Source of the DNA: a virus
Direction: 5' to 3' (one strand)
Virus record (IMG/VR): IMGVR_UViG_3300042197_002946
Span: 32,001 to 96,000 of that record
Length of the DNA: 64,000 nucleotides
Every line of letters begins with the position of its first letter. Position 1 is the stretch's first letter. The translations under genes were made by a program, and so were the position numbers. The notes beneath the pieces were generated by a model. It did no database searches. It saw only the letters and a program-made list of their open reading frames with translations, and had not been told where the DNA came from. Of this stretch, positions 1 through 8,882 are shown piece after piece.

Positions 1-2
1 GG

Positions 3-86
3 GATACGACAAAACTCATTGATCAAGATGGTTGTGGTGCTGGTTATGGTGTTGCTGCCGATGGAAAGTGTACTTCTTATGAGTGA
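3..86 (+). CDS. 3' end of an upstream gene (partial; ...DQDGCGAGYGVAADGKCTSYE*)
   Basis: Open frame from position 3 to TGA at 84-86, overlapping the ATG at 79 (ATGAGTGA coupling). Confidence 0.55.
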   Translation, partial: DTTKLIDQDGCGAGYGVAADGKCTSYE

Positions 87-831
87 TAAAACTAAAATAG
101 CAGTATTGTTATGGTTATATCATTCAGATTTATGTTTTAGTTTTTTTAATTATTTATATCCATTAAGGCACCATATTAAATTATTTTTGGGACTATGTAA
201 AGATAATAATAATCAAATAGTGATTGATTTATTTACTAAATATTTTAATAGTGATCAGCTTTTTATAACATATCACGAAAATAAAGGCGCAGATATTTTG
301 CCTTTTATACAACAGCTATCATTTCTATCTTATAAAAAATATCCAAATTTTATTAAGCTTCATTCTAAAAAATCAGAATTATCTTTTACCAAAAAATGGA
401 GAACAGAACTCTGCGACTACTATATCTCGTCCGAAAAAAGATTTTTGACTATTAAAAAACTACTCAATAGTAAAAATGTCGGTTCTGTAGGACACCCATC
501 CTTTATTTTGCAAAAATGTGAGTTTGTTCATTCTGATTATATATATCAACTTTGTAATCATATGCATATCTCTATACCAGCAAAAAGACCATTTGTAGCT
601 GGTTGTATGTTTGCTGGTAAAACTCAACTATATCAAAAATATATATTACCACATTCTGGCTATTTTGAGCAGTTGTGCCGCGATGAGACTGGAAAAATTA
701 ATGATTTAAATGGACCAACATACACACATTCATTAGAGAGGGTGCTCGGATATATAGCATGTCAGGACAATTATCAATTATGTTCATTGAAAGAACAGCG
801 GTGTATAGATCATATATCTCTATCTAATTAA
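79..831 (+). CDS. RgpF/rhamnan synthesis protein F-like glycosyltransferase (paralog 1)
   Basis: Motifs IAVLLWLYH, ENKGADILPF, FIKLHSKKS, WR..L, FVAGCMF, HSLERVLG match the RgpF-like pattern. Start moved from 19 to ATG 79, which aligns with the paralog's MKVAVILYLY. Confidence 0.8.
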   Translation: MSDKTKIAVLLWLYHSDLCFSFFNYLYPLRHHIKLFLGLCKDNNNQIVIDLFTKYFNSDQLFITYHENKGADILPFIQQLSFLSYKKYPNFIKLHSKKSELSFTKKWRTELCDYYISSEKRFLTIKKLLNSKNVGSVGHPSFILQKCEFVHSDYIYQLCNHMHISIPAKRPFVAGCMFAGKTQLYQKYILPHSGYFEQLCRDETGKINDLNGPTYTHSLERVLGYIACQDNYQLCSLKEQRCIDHISLSN

Positions 832-844
832 ATAAGGCTAAATT

Positions 845-2278
845 ATGGCAGCCACAGAATATAGTTTCGCTATCGAACAAGGCACAATCTTTGCTATAGA
901 CTTTCGTTATTTGAATAGTCAACAAATACCTATAGATCTCTCTAATCACTGTATTATTATGAGAATACAGCCGTTGGATGGTCCAGATCTAAATTTGATA
1001 ACTTTAACTACCACAGGAAATACAACCGCTCCTTCTTACTCTTTTAGGTTAGTTCCTCCAGAAGGCCGTATTCAGCTTAGATTACCCGCAGAGACCACTA
1101 ACTCCTACTCTTGGGCTAGCGCTAATTATGAACTAGAGATCATATCTCCAGATTTATTTTATAACGGAGGATCTAGAGTAGTAAAGAGACTTTTGCAAGG
1201 AACAATCGCCATTAGACCAAGATTAATTCCAGCAGCTTCTTTACCATCTTGTACAGTATCAGAAGAAGGTACAGATCAAGTGTATGGATCGGAGCTGGAC
1301 TTGTCGTCTTATAGCATTGCTGATAGTTGTATAGGATCTCCTTGTGAATTTATTGGAGGAAATGCTGTTGTCTACAATATGACTAATCCTGCTAATGATT
1401 TGCCTATTATGTATTTGCAAGATCGTGTTTTGGCCAATAATGAAAATATTTTTGGAAAAAGCAATCCATTTCCTTTGACGGTAAGTGTTACAGAGTCTAG
1501 AATTATAGAAAGAATAGATGTATTTTTTGATGGATTTACTCATTCTAATCCCACTGATTTGAGACTAATGTTAGCTCATAATGGCAGCGGAGTACTATTA
1601 TTGGATCAAAATAAATTTCCAGAAAACAATAAGCCTCGCAGTTTGAGTTTTATTTTATCAGACTATGCTGTCCCTAGACAGGACGGATCAGCCCCTACTA
1701 TCACTAATGTAATGAATTATAATAATCCATTGATAGCTAATAAAAATTTAGCTTCGGCACTACCTGGTTGTTCCAATCCGTCGTCTTTATCATATCCTTT
1801 GCCTTCGGGGGCCTTTAGTGCTTCGGATAGCAACAAAAATATTAATATTTATGGTAGCGGATTGAAAACATTCGAAGGTATGAATATTTTTGGAGACTGG
1901 AAACTCTATGCTATAGACTATAATGAAAAAGACTCTGGTCTTATTGGTTCAGTCAAGCTAATTGCATATTTTCAAAATGAGTCTTCTAATAGCACATTAA
2001 ATTTTAATGCTTGCGGTAATATTCATCGAGATATTACTTTGTCTGGAACATCTGTGACTATCAATGGCGATTTAACTTATGGGCTAGATAATAATGATAT
2101 CGTTATTATTGAGTATGACAATGGTTCAGGAACTGTGGCCACTACTAGAACAATATCTACGGCGCCATCATATAATACGCAAACGGCCACCACAACCTTT
2201 ATTATAGACAGCGCTATCAGCGGAACAGTGAACAACCCCAAGATACTCAAATACAATGCATCATCCGGAGAAGTATAA
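845..2278 (+). CDS. Virion structural protein: N-terminal phage baseplate/fibre-attachment-like beta domain plus proprotein-convertase P-domain-like module
   Basis: N-term IEQG..F...PIDLS...G.I.L.L...T...YELEI...RLLQG pattern of phage structural proteins. FTHSNPTDLRLML...FEGMNIFGDWKLYAIDYNEKDSGLI matches the P-domain consensus (H...DL...F.G....G.W.L...D...D.G.I). Confidence 0.6.
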   Translation: MAATEYSFAIEQGTIFAIDFRYLNSQQIPIDLSNHCIIMRIQPLDGPDLNLITLTTTGNTTAPSYSFRLVPPEGRIQLRLPAETTNSYSWASANYELEIISPDLFYNGGSRVVKRLLQGTIAIRPRLIPAASLPSCTVSEEGTDQVYGSELDLSSYSIADSCIGSPCEFIGGNAVVYNMTNPANDLPIMYLQDRVLANNENIFGKSNPFPLTVSVTESRIIERIDVFFDGFTHSNPTDLRLMLAHNGSGVLLLDQNKFPENNKPRSLSFILSDYAVPRQDGSAPTITNVMNYNNPLIANKNLASALPGCSNPSSLSYPLPSGAFSASDSNKNINIYGSGLKTFEGMNIFGDWKLYAIDYNEKDSGLIGSVKLIAYFQNESSNSTLNFNACGNIHRDITLSGTSVTINGDLTYGLDNNDIVIIEYDNGSGTVATTRTISTAPSYNTQTATTTFIIDSAISGTVNNPKILKYNASSGEV

Positions 2279-2820
2279 TGGCAGAATTTATATCTGTTAA
2301 TGATGCTGAAAGATTATCTGTTATAGATAATTTTATTGAATCTAGCATCATAGAGATTACCACAGGATTTCCTGGCCCTCCAGGCAAGGATGGATCACAA
2401 GGACTGCCAGGTCCAAGAGGGCCACGAGGTCGTACTGGTCCAGCATCACAACCCAATGAAATTGTTAAACTTACTGGTACCACCACCAATTCATCATCAT
2501 ATATACTTAACGCTGGAGAAACTAGTCTATATTTAAAAAATGGCTCTATAGTTTCGTTTTATGCGTCTATATCTGCATATAATATTACCGATGACACAGC
2601 AGCAGCATTTAACATAGAGGGAGCTGCTAAGCGAAATTTATCTGGAGCGGTATCTTTGGTTGGATCGTTAAATACTACTAATTTTAGTGATAACGGAATG
2701 GGAGGAGTTACTGTTTCTACAGAGACAGACAGCCCTAATGGATCGTTTGTATTCGTTGTCACAGGATTAGAGTCCAAGAACATTATATGGACAGGAACCG
2801 TTTTTATTAATAAAGCATGA
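2278..2820 (+). CDS. Short collagen-repeat fibre/decoration protein
   Basis: Nine Gly-X-Y triplets (GFP GPP GKD GSQ GLP GPR GPR GRT GPA) at 2365-2445, followed by a beta-rich domain. Confidence 0.7.
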   Translation: MAEFISVNDAERLSVIDNFIESSIIEITTGFPGPPGKDGSQGLPGPRGPRGRTGPASQPNEIVKLTGTTTNSSSYILNAGETSLYLKNGSIVSFYASISAYNITDDTAAAFNIEGAAKRNLSGAVSLVGSLNTTNFSDNGMGGVTVSTETDSPNGSFVFVVTGLESKNIIWTGTVFINKA

Positions 2821-3758
2821 AAGTAGCAGTAATCCTTTATCTATACAATTCTGCATTATTATCTGAATATATTTCTTTATTAGCCCCTATTAAAAAAGAT
2901 ATTCATTTATTTATTGGAGTATGTCTTGATAATGAAGCAGATATATTCTTAATAGAAAAAACTTTGATGTCTAATCATATAGATTATACATTATCTACAC
3001 ATCACAATATTGGTTTGGATATAGGTCCTTTTTTACAACAGATCCAGACGGTAGATTCCTCCAAATATAAAACATTTATCAAACTGCATTCCAAACAATC
3101 CTTGTGGGGTTATTACAAGAATATTCCTTGGAGAATTCCTTTAGTAAATTCTTTAATAGGTAGTGATATAATTTTTAAGACCAATCGTCAACATATACAA
3201 AACAATAAACATGTTGGAATGATAGCCAATACCGGATTTATGCTAGGCAGAGATAAAGAAGGTAGAAACTCCAATATTATTAAAGATATATGTACAAACT
3301 TTTTATCTATTAATATCGAAGAAATTAACAGAACAGACATATCGTTTGTGGCTGGAAGTATTTTTTGGTCGCATACTGAGATTTTTCAAAAATATTTTAC
3401 TCCATCTGTTATTCATAAGCTGTATTCGTTATTGGAGAGTAAAAGATTTAATGACTCTAAACAAGGGACATATGCACACTCTTTAGAAAGAATCTTTGGA
3501 TATATTATAGGACTGTCTGGATATCACATTATTGACGGTTTTGTGGATAAAACTATAGACATCACCAATACAAAATCAAATTATTCTTATAAATTAATAC
3601 AATGCTATAATAAAGTATGTTATGTTGATATTGATGTTCTTACAGCGGGTATACACTATCACATAGGAGACTCTCTACTGATCAATTGGAAGCACAAGAG
3701 CTACAATGGGTTTTGGAAAAAATACCACAAGATCACAGACCTATCATACATAAGTTGA
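2817..3758 (+). CDS. RgpF/rhamnan synthesis protein F-like glycosyltransferase (paralog 2)
   Basis: VAVILYLY, HNIGLDIGPF, FIKLHSKQS, WR..L, FVAGSIFW, HSLERIFG; collinear with 79..831. Confidence 0.8.
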   Translation: MKVAVILYLYNSALLSEYISLLAPIKKDIHLFIGVCLDNEADIFLIEKTLMSNHIDYTLSTHHNIGLDIGPFLQQIQTVDSSKYKTFIKLHSKQSLWGYYKNIPWRIPLVNSLIGSDIIFKTNRQHIQNNKHVGMIANTGFMLGRDKEGRNSNIIKDICTNFLSINIEEINRTDISFVAGSIFWSHTEIFQKYFTPSVIHKLYSLLESKRFNDSKQGTYAHSLERIFGYIIGLSGYHIIDGFVDKTIDITNTKSNYSYKLIQCYNKVCYVDIDVLTAGIHYHIGDSLLINWKHKSYNGFWKKYHKITDLSYIS

Positions 3759-3810
3759 TTACTTTTATCGGTGTATGTTGTATTAACAGTTGTTTTTATA
3801 GGGAGTATTT

Positions 3811-4323
3811 ATGAGTATATTCAGTGGTATAATTTCACCCCAACTCAAAGAAATATACAACCAAGCCATAGACGCTTTGTTGGAAGATAACGCCTTAACA
3901 ATTCCATGCACAATCAAATATGGCTCTACTAAGCCAGTATATTGTACTAATTGCGAGATTGATCCTATATCTAATAGATCATCTAATTTATATAACAATA
4001 CTGGACCAAATCCTTTTGAAGATAATACTATGTGTCCTGTATGTTTAGGTAAAGGGTATATTGACACCAATAAAAATGAAATTATATACATGGCAGTATT
4101 ATTTAATGGGGCGGGGTGGTTGCAGTGGGGTTCCAAAACTGTACAGATACCAGATGGAATGGCCCAGACTCTGTGCAAATCAGAATTAATGCCTAAATTA
4201 AAAAATGCTGACTATATTATGTTTAATAATGATGAATCTAATATATATACCTTGGCAGGAGATCCCGAACTAGTCGGTTTAGGAGATACAAATTATGCCA
4301 TCGCTATGTGGAAAAGACAATGA
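3811..4323 (+). CDS. Putative head-closure/head-tail connector protein with CxxC...CxxC zinc-ribbon insert
   Basis: CTNC...CPVCLGKGY; size and position at the start of the neck-to-tube gene run. Confidence 0.5.
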   Translation: MSIFSGIISPQLKEIYNQAIDALLEDNALTIPCTIKYGSTKPVYCTNCEIDPISNRSSNLYNNTGPNPFEDNTMCPVCLGKGYIDTNKNEIIYMAVLFNGAGWLQWGSKTVQIPDGMAQTLCKSELMPKLKNADYIMFNNDESNIYTLAGDPELVGLGDTNYAIAMWKRQ

Positions 4324-4967
4324 AATATTCTTTAAAATTACTTGAGTCCAATTCATCGATTAGGAAAATGATACTAGAAGCCTTACAAGAGGATGTATCT
4401 CAGACTATTAATAGGGCTATTCCTCTCATTTCTAAACAAATACAAGATTTGGTTAGGTCTGCCATTAGATCCTCCAATGAATATCAGTCATTATTAAGTG
4501 GAAAACTTAGATTTGAATTTGGCATACCAGATACTAGTGTGGTTGATCAAGTTATTGATGCTTGGGTTAATAATATTAATGTTGACATTAAAAAAATATC
4601 TATTACTAATACTGGATTATCTGGAGGTTTTTCTGTTGGGATGATAGCCTCAGATTTTCAAGACGTATTATCTTTAGCGGGCTCTCAGGTGACCGATACA
4701 GAAAAAGGATACTCTCTACCTTGGTTACAATGGTTGTTGTTAGATGGAAATAAGGTATTAGTCAAAGACTATAAGGTAGTACTAGGCCCTAATCCATATT
4801 CTCGTACAGGATATGCTCTTATGAGAGAAAACTCATCGTCAGGCTGGAGAGTTCCTGCTGAATTTGCGGGTACAGTTTCTAATAACTGGGTTACCAGAGC
4901 TATAGACTCTTTATCAGATGATATCAATAATATTTTTATACAAGAAATAGAAAAGGCTATTATATGA
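4320..4967 (+). CDS. Putative neck/tail-completion protein
   Basis: ATGA overlap with the previous stop puts the start at 4320. Function from position and size only. Confidence 0.4.
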   Translation: MKYSLKLLESNSSIRKMILEALQEDVSQTINRAIPLISKQIQDLVRSAIRSSNEYQSLLSGKLRFEFGIPDTSVVDQVIDAWVNNINVDIKKISITNTGLSGGFSVGMIASDFQDVLSLAGSQVTDTEKGYSLPWLQWLLLDGNKVLVKDYKVVLGPNPYSRTGYALMRENSSSGWRVPAEFAGTVSNNWVTRAIDSLSDDINNIFIQEIEKAII

Positions 4968-5914
4968 GCTGTAATTATTCACCTAATTTTCAAGCTGTAA
5001 ACAGTATGGGGGAATATCATCTATATACTCAATTAGAGCACAATCTGAAAACTTTTCTAGATTGGGGTTTTGTTAATATAGGCGGTTTTGTAAATATAAC
5101 CAGACCCACAGCAAATATTAATAATTCAGCTAATTTTCATAAATTATCTTCTAGACAGGATCCTGCTTATCCCAAAAACAGAGTATGGGAAACTTTTAAA
5201 AAGCAATGGGTATATGAGTCAGGAGTGTCCTATAATACTACTAATCCTATTCCTATTAGTGGCGTTTATATTAACAATGCTTTCGTGCCGGGCCCCACAG
5301 GAAATGTTCAGTATCCTTTTACTTTAAATTATGACTTGGGTAGAGTGATTTTTGCTAGTGGATTACCGTCTAATACTTCGGTAGAAATGGATTTTTCTTT
5401 CAGAACTGTACAAACATATAAAGCTAATGATGCTTTGAGTCAGTGGAAGCAGCTACAAGAACTAACATATAAGACTGGCTCAGTAGACGCTATTGTAACA
5501 TCAAATCATAGAGCTCAAATGCCGTGTATTATTATTGAACCTACTTCTAATGCTATATTTAAACCCTATGAACTTGGCACCAAAAAACAAATAGTCAATC
5601 AAAATATTCTATTGCATATTTTTTCAGAAAATTATGTTGAAAAAAATAATATAGTAGACATTATTCGTTTTCAAAAAGATAAAGAGCTTAGGCTATATGA
5701 TGTTAAACAGGTGGTATCGGACAAGGTTTATCCTTTAAATCCTAATGGGTCTAAAAATATATATGGTCAAAATTATAATCAATTATTAGATGATTCTAGC
5801 GCATATTTATGGAGAACATCGTATATTGATGATGTTTCTGTTATGGATATGGAATCATTAAATAACAATATTTACTACTCTACAGTACGTTTGGATGTTC
5901 AGATTTTTATGTAA
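4964..5914 (+). CDS. Putative tail terminator protein
   Basis: Immediately upstream of the tube gene; MPCIIIE...YELG...ILLHIFSEN..EKNNIVDII resembles tail-terminator patterns. Confidence 0.5.
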   Translation: MSCNYSPNFQAVNSMGEYHLYTQLEHNLKTFLDWGFVNIGGFVNITRPTANINNSANFHKLSSRQDPAYPKNRVWETFKKQWVYESGVSYNTTNPIPISGVYINNAFVPGPTGNVQYPFTLNYDLGRVIFASGLPSNTSVEMDFSFRTVQTYKANDALSQWKQLQELTYKTGSVDAIVTSNHRAQMPCIIIEPTSNAIFKPYELGTKKQIVNQNILLHIFSENYVEKNNIVDIIRFQKDKELRLYDVKQVVSDKVYPLNPNGSKNIYGQNYNQLLDDSSAYLWRTSYIDDVSVMDMESLNNNIYYSTVRLDVQIFM

Positions 5915-5927
5915 TTTGAGAAAATAT

Positions 5928-5935
5928 GGTGTACA
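5928..5935 (+). promoter_or_regulatory. Candidate late-promoter motif GGTGTA(T/C)A upstream of tube gene
   Basis: Same or similar motif at 800, 3770, 48535, 52295 (GGGGTATA) and 62416, each upstream of a gene start. Confidence 0.45.
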
Positions 5936-6003
5936 ATAATTTGGTTATCTAACAACACAATCGATTAACAACTCAATTATAAAATCAAACCAAGAGGTGT
6001 AAA

Positions 6004-7257
6004 ATGGCAAGTGCAAATAGAATTTATTACGCCGTACAAGCTGTGCAAATGCAGGGTGTCAATGGTCCAGGTATTGACTCTAGTAACCCAGATGGCGTTG
6101 CAGCAGCATATAGAAGCGTTTTCGGCGTTCAAAGTGTTGGTATTTCTACCAATTTTAATCTAGAAAATGTTTTCCAGCTTGGCGAATTAGATACATACGA
6201 TGTGTTAGATGATAATCCAGAGATTGAGGTTACTCTCAATAAGATTATTGACTACACAGATCCTCTTTATAAGCTTGCTTGTGGTGGATCTAGCTATTCC
6301 ACAACGGATAAAAACGTTCTAGAACTAGCTTCTCGTAGATGCAATGTTAAGTTGTTAGTTGGTAGTGATGTTGATAACCAAAACGTGACCGAAGCGATGC
6401 CGTTTTATGTTAAGATGACCGGCATGTATCTATCTTCTGTCACTTATACCTTTGCTACTGATGGTAATTTTACCGAAGAAGTAACTCTTGTTGGAAATAA
6501 TAAGGTGTGGTATAATACTGCTGATAGTGTTAGCAACAACACTACAACTGGTGAGCAGATTCATCCAACCGCTGGCACTACAACCGCTTTTAATAACTTA
6601 AGAGCAACAGGTATTGCTCGTAGATGGAATCTTGATCTGGCATCATCAGTGCTACCGTCTGGAACCACATCTTGGGACGGCGGTATTGTATTACCTCATG
6701 ATGGTAGCAAGTTCGTTAACCCCCATATCACAAGTCTAACAGTAAGTTGTGATCTTGGTCGTGAGCCCTTGTTTCAGCTTGGTAGTCGCAATCCCTATAC
6801 TCGTTTCGTGAATGTTCCTCTTGAAGTTACTAGCGAGTTCGAAGTTGTTGCTACTGAGCACGATGTGAGTGCAAGCGACTTTGCTTCTGCGGATGCTTGT
6901 CGTGCAGATACCCGCAACCTTAAGCCAAGAGAAATTTATCTCAGACTTTGCGGACCCACAGCGGCCGGCGGCGATGCTGTAAAGGGTATGAATTTCTACC
7001 TTGGTAAGAATAACAGACTTACTAGTGTTAACTATAGTGGTGGAGATACTGGTGGTGGAAACGTTACAGTTACATACAGCTTCACAGGATACAACGTATT
7101 CTACGTTGATCAGGGAGCTGCATTAACAGTTACTGCCAGTCCATATAACGGTGTTGGCTTCAATGCTTGTGGTCGTACCGCTACTGGTCTGGAGACTGAT
7201 TCTCCAAGCTTTGGGAGTAGTAGTCCAACAGCCAACAGCACGGGTAGTACTGCCTGA
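6004..7257 (+). CDS. Major tail tube protein
   Basis: Two internally related tube-fold halves (VQSVGISTNFNLENVFQLG...EIEVT; ITSLTVSCDLGREPLFQLG...EVTSEFE). SD-like GAGG at ~5994, terminator downstream, upstream of chaperones and TMP. Confidence 0.75.
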   Translation: MASANRIYYAVQAVQMQGVNGPGIDSSNPDGVAAAYRSVFGVQSVGISTNFNLENVFQLGELDTYDVLDDNPEIEVTLNKIIDYTDPLYKLACGGSSYSTTDKNVLELASRRCNVKLLVGSDVDNQNVTEAMPFYVKMTGMYLSSVTYTFATDGNFTEEVTLVGNNKVWYNTADSVSNNTTTGEQIHPTAGTTTAFNNLRATGIARRWNLDLASSVLPSGTTSWDGGIVLPHDGSKFVNPHITSLTVSCDLGREPLFQLGSRNPYTRFVNVPLEVTSEFEVVATEHDVSASDFASADACRADTRNLKPREIYLRLCGPTAAGGDAVKGMNFYLGKNNRLTSVNYSGGDTGGGNVTVTYSFTGYNVFYVDQGAALTVTASPYNGVGFNACGRTATGLETDSPSFGSSSPTANSTGSTA

Positions 7258-7288
7258 TAGTTAGTGTAATTCAAAAGATATTAGGAAT

Positions 7289-7322
7289 GCTTACCCCCGG
7301 TAATTGCCGGGGGAAAGCTTTT
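7289..7322 (+). terminator. Rho-independent terminator after tail tube gene
   Basis: GCTTA-CCCCCGG-taattg-CCGGGGG-AAAGC followed by TTTT. Confidence 0.75.
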
Positions 7323-7352
7323 ACAAACGGATAACGGATAAAAGGAGACAAA

Positions 7353-7520
7353 ATGGATGACTTATTTGCTATTATAGGAAGACTATATGTTGATGTTTCT
7401 CAGGCTCAAAAGATCTTAGAAAATTTTCAACAAAAACTCAAAGAAAAAGATCAAGAAATACAGGAATTAAAGAAGAAACTATCAAAGGATAGTTCGTATA
7501 ACGATGATTCGGACCAATAA
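7353..7520 (+). CDS. 55-aa small coiled-coil protein (absent from supplied ORF track)
   Basis: AAGGAG at 7342-7347, ATG 7353, MDDLFAIIGRLYVDVSQAQKILENFQQKLKEKDQEIQELKKKLSKDSSYNDDSDQ*; fills the gap between terminator and next gene. Confidence 0.75.
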   Translation: MDDLFAIIGRLYVDVSQAQKILENFQQKLKEKDQEIQELKKKLSKDSSYNDDSDQ

Positions 7521-8562
7521 TGATAAATTACTCTCTAGGATTATTGCTGGTTTTTTGTATATTGAGCACGAAGAAAAACTGTATATACTCAAGAAACCTT
7601 CTTCAGCATTAAAATACAGAGCAGATTTATTGTATGAAAAAGCATATCAGGACAATTTGTATAGCGATTGGTTTTTGATGCAGGATGTTGAGTACATATT
7701 GGTGGACAATGGTGTTTGGCGATTACAAAATAACGAAGTACTAAAACAAATAGATAAACAATTAGAAAATCTTAAAGTTGAATTATATCAAAACTATATT
7801 CAACCAAATAAAAGAAAAGATATTAAAAAACAAATTAGCAGCATGAATATGCAAAAGGAAAGAATTTTAAACGTTAAGCATTCCTTAGATCAATATACTT
7901 TGGAAGCTTATGCTGGACGAATTAGAAATGAATTTATTATTATGAATACTTTATATTACAAAAACAAAAAAGTATTTAAAAACAAAACTAAAAAAAGTTC
8001 TGTACTTTTAAATAATATAGCTTCTAAAATAGCTCTATCATTACCATCAATATCTGATATCAGAGAGTTGGCTAGATCAGAAATGTGGAAATCCTATTGG
8101 TCAGCCTCGGGCAAAACTCATGTTTTTAGAGGATCGGTATTTGATTGGACAGATGAACAACGAGCATTGGTTAATTTGTCTAAGATGTTTGATTCCGTGT
8201 ATGAGCATCCAGAGTGTCCTCCAGAAAATATTATTGACGATGAGGATGCTTTAGAAGGTTGGATGATTGTTCAAAAGAGAAAAAATGAACAGTCTAAGAG
8301 CAAACAAAAAACAGATAATATGTTGAACAGTGCCAAGATGAAAAAAGCTAATGAAGTTTTTATTATGAGTAATTCTGCAGAAGAAACCGCTGAGATTATT
8401 AATAATAATGATCCTTTAGCTAGACATCGAATGAAAGAAAAATTTAGCGCAATTAAATCTTCAGACTCAGAAGGTATATCCGAAGCACAGCTACCGGATG
8501 TACAGAGAGAACTAATTGATCAGTTAAATCAAAAAAGAAACGCTACTATGAATAGGAAATAA
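7504..8562 (+). CDS. Putative tail assembly chaperone-like protein (paralog of 8872..9801)
   Basis: Between tube and TMP; N-terminal ~150 aa aligns by eye with 8872..9801. Confidence 0.5.
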   Translation: MIRTNNDKLLSRIIAGFLYIEHEEKLYILKKPSSALKYRADLLYEKAYQDNLYSDWFLMQDVEYILVDNGVWRLQNNEVLKQIDKQLENLKVELYQNYIQPNKRKDIKKQISSMNMQKERILNVKHSLDQYTLEAYAGRIRNEFIIMNTLYYKNKKVFKNKTKKSSVLLNNIASKIALSLPSISDIRELARSEMWKSYWSASGKTHVFRGSVFDWTDEQRALVNLSKMFDSVYEHPECPPENIIDDEDALEGWMIVQKRKNEQSKSKQKTDNMLNSAKMKKANEVFIMSNSAEETAEIINNNDPLARHRMKEKFSAIKSSDSEGISEAQLPDVQRELIDQLNQKRNATMNRK

Positions 8563-8564
8563 TT

Positions 8565-8882
8565 ATGAATCACGAAAATGAGATTTACTATAATCTTGAA
8601 AAAAGATTTCAAACTACTATGATCGGTGCTTTAGCTAAGTTCGAAGATGCTTTCGGTAATCTATGGGGACATAATAAGCATGATAATGAACTAACAGATA
8701 AAGAATTAGATTTTAGAGACTTGTGGGAACGTACTAGAATGCTTATATTAAATAACGGCAATCATCAGATGCGTTCGGCTATTTCAGAGTTAACTAAACA
8801 TATTAGATCTAAATACAGGTATAACTATAAATTTTATGTGAAACCAAACTATCCAGAAAGAGGAGAAGACTATGAAGGCTAA
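8565..8882 (+). CDS. Hypothetical protein, tail assembly region
   Basis: Compact 105-aa ORF tightly coupled to neighbours. Confidence 0.6.
   Translation: MNHENEIYYNLEKRFQTTMIGALAKFEDAFGNLWGHNKHDNELTDKELDFRDLWERTRMLILNNGNHQMRSAISELTKHIRSKYRYNYKFYVKPNYPERGEDYEG

Noticed and set aside
19-78. ORF-track N-terminal extensions (starts at 19, 4308, 41410)
   Set aside because: In-frame ATGs at 79, 4320 and 41440 coincide with upstream stops and, for 79, with the paralog's N-terminus.
8530-8565. Possible -1 frameshift (AAAAAAG) joining 7504 and 8565 ORFs
   Set aside because: Heptamer is out of the required codon phase and the -1 frame hits TAG at 8553.
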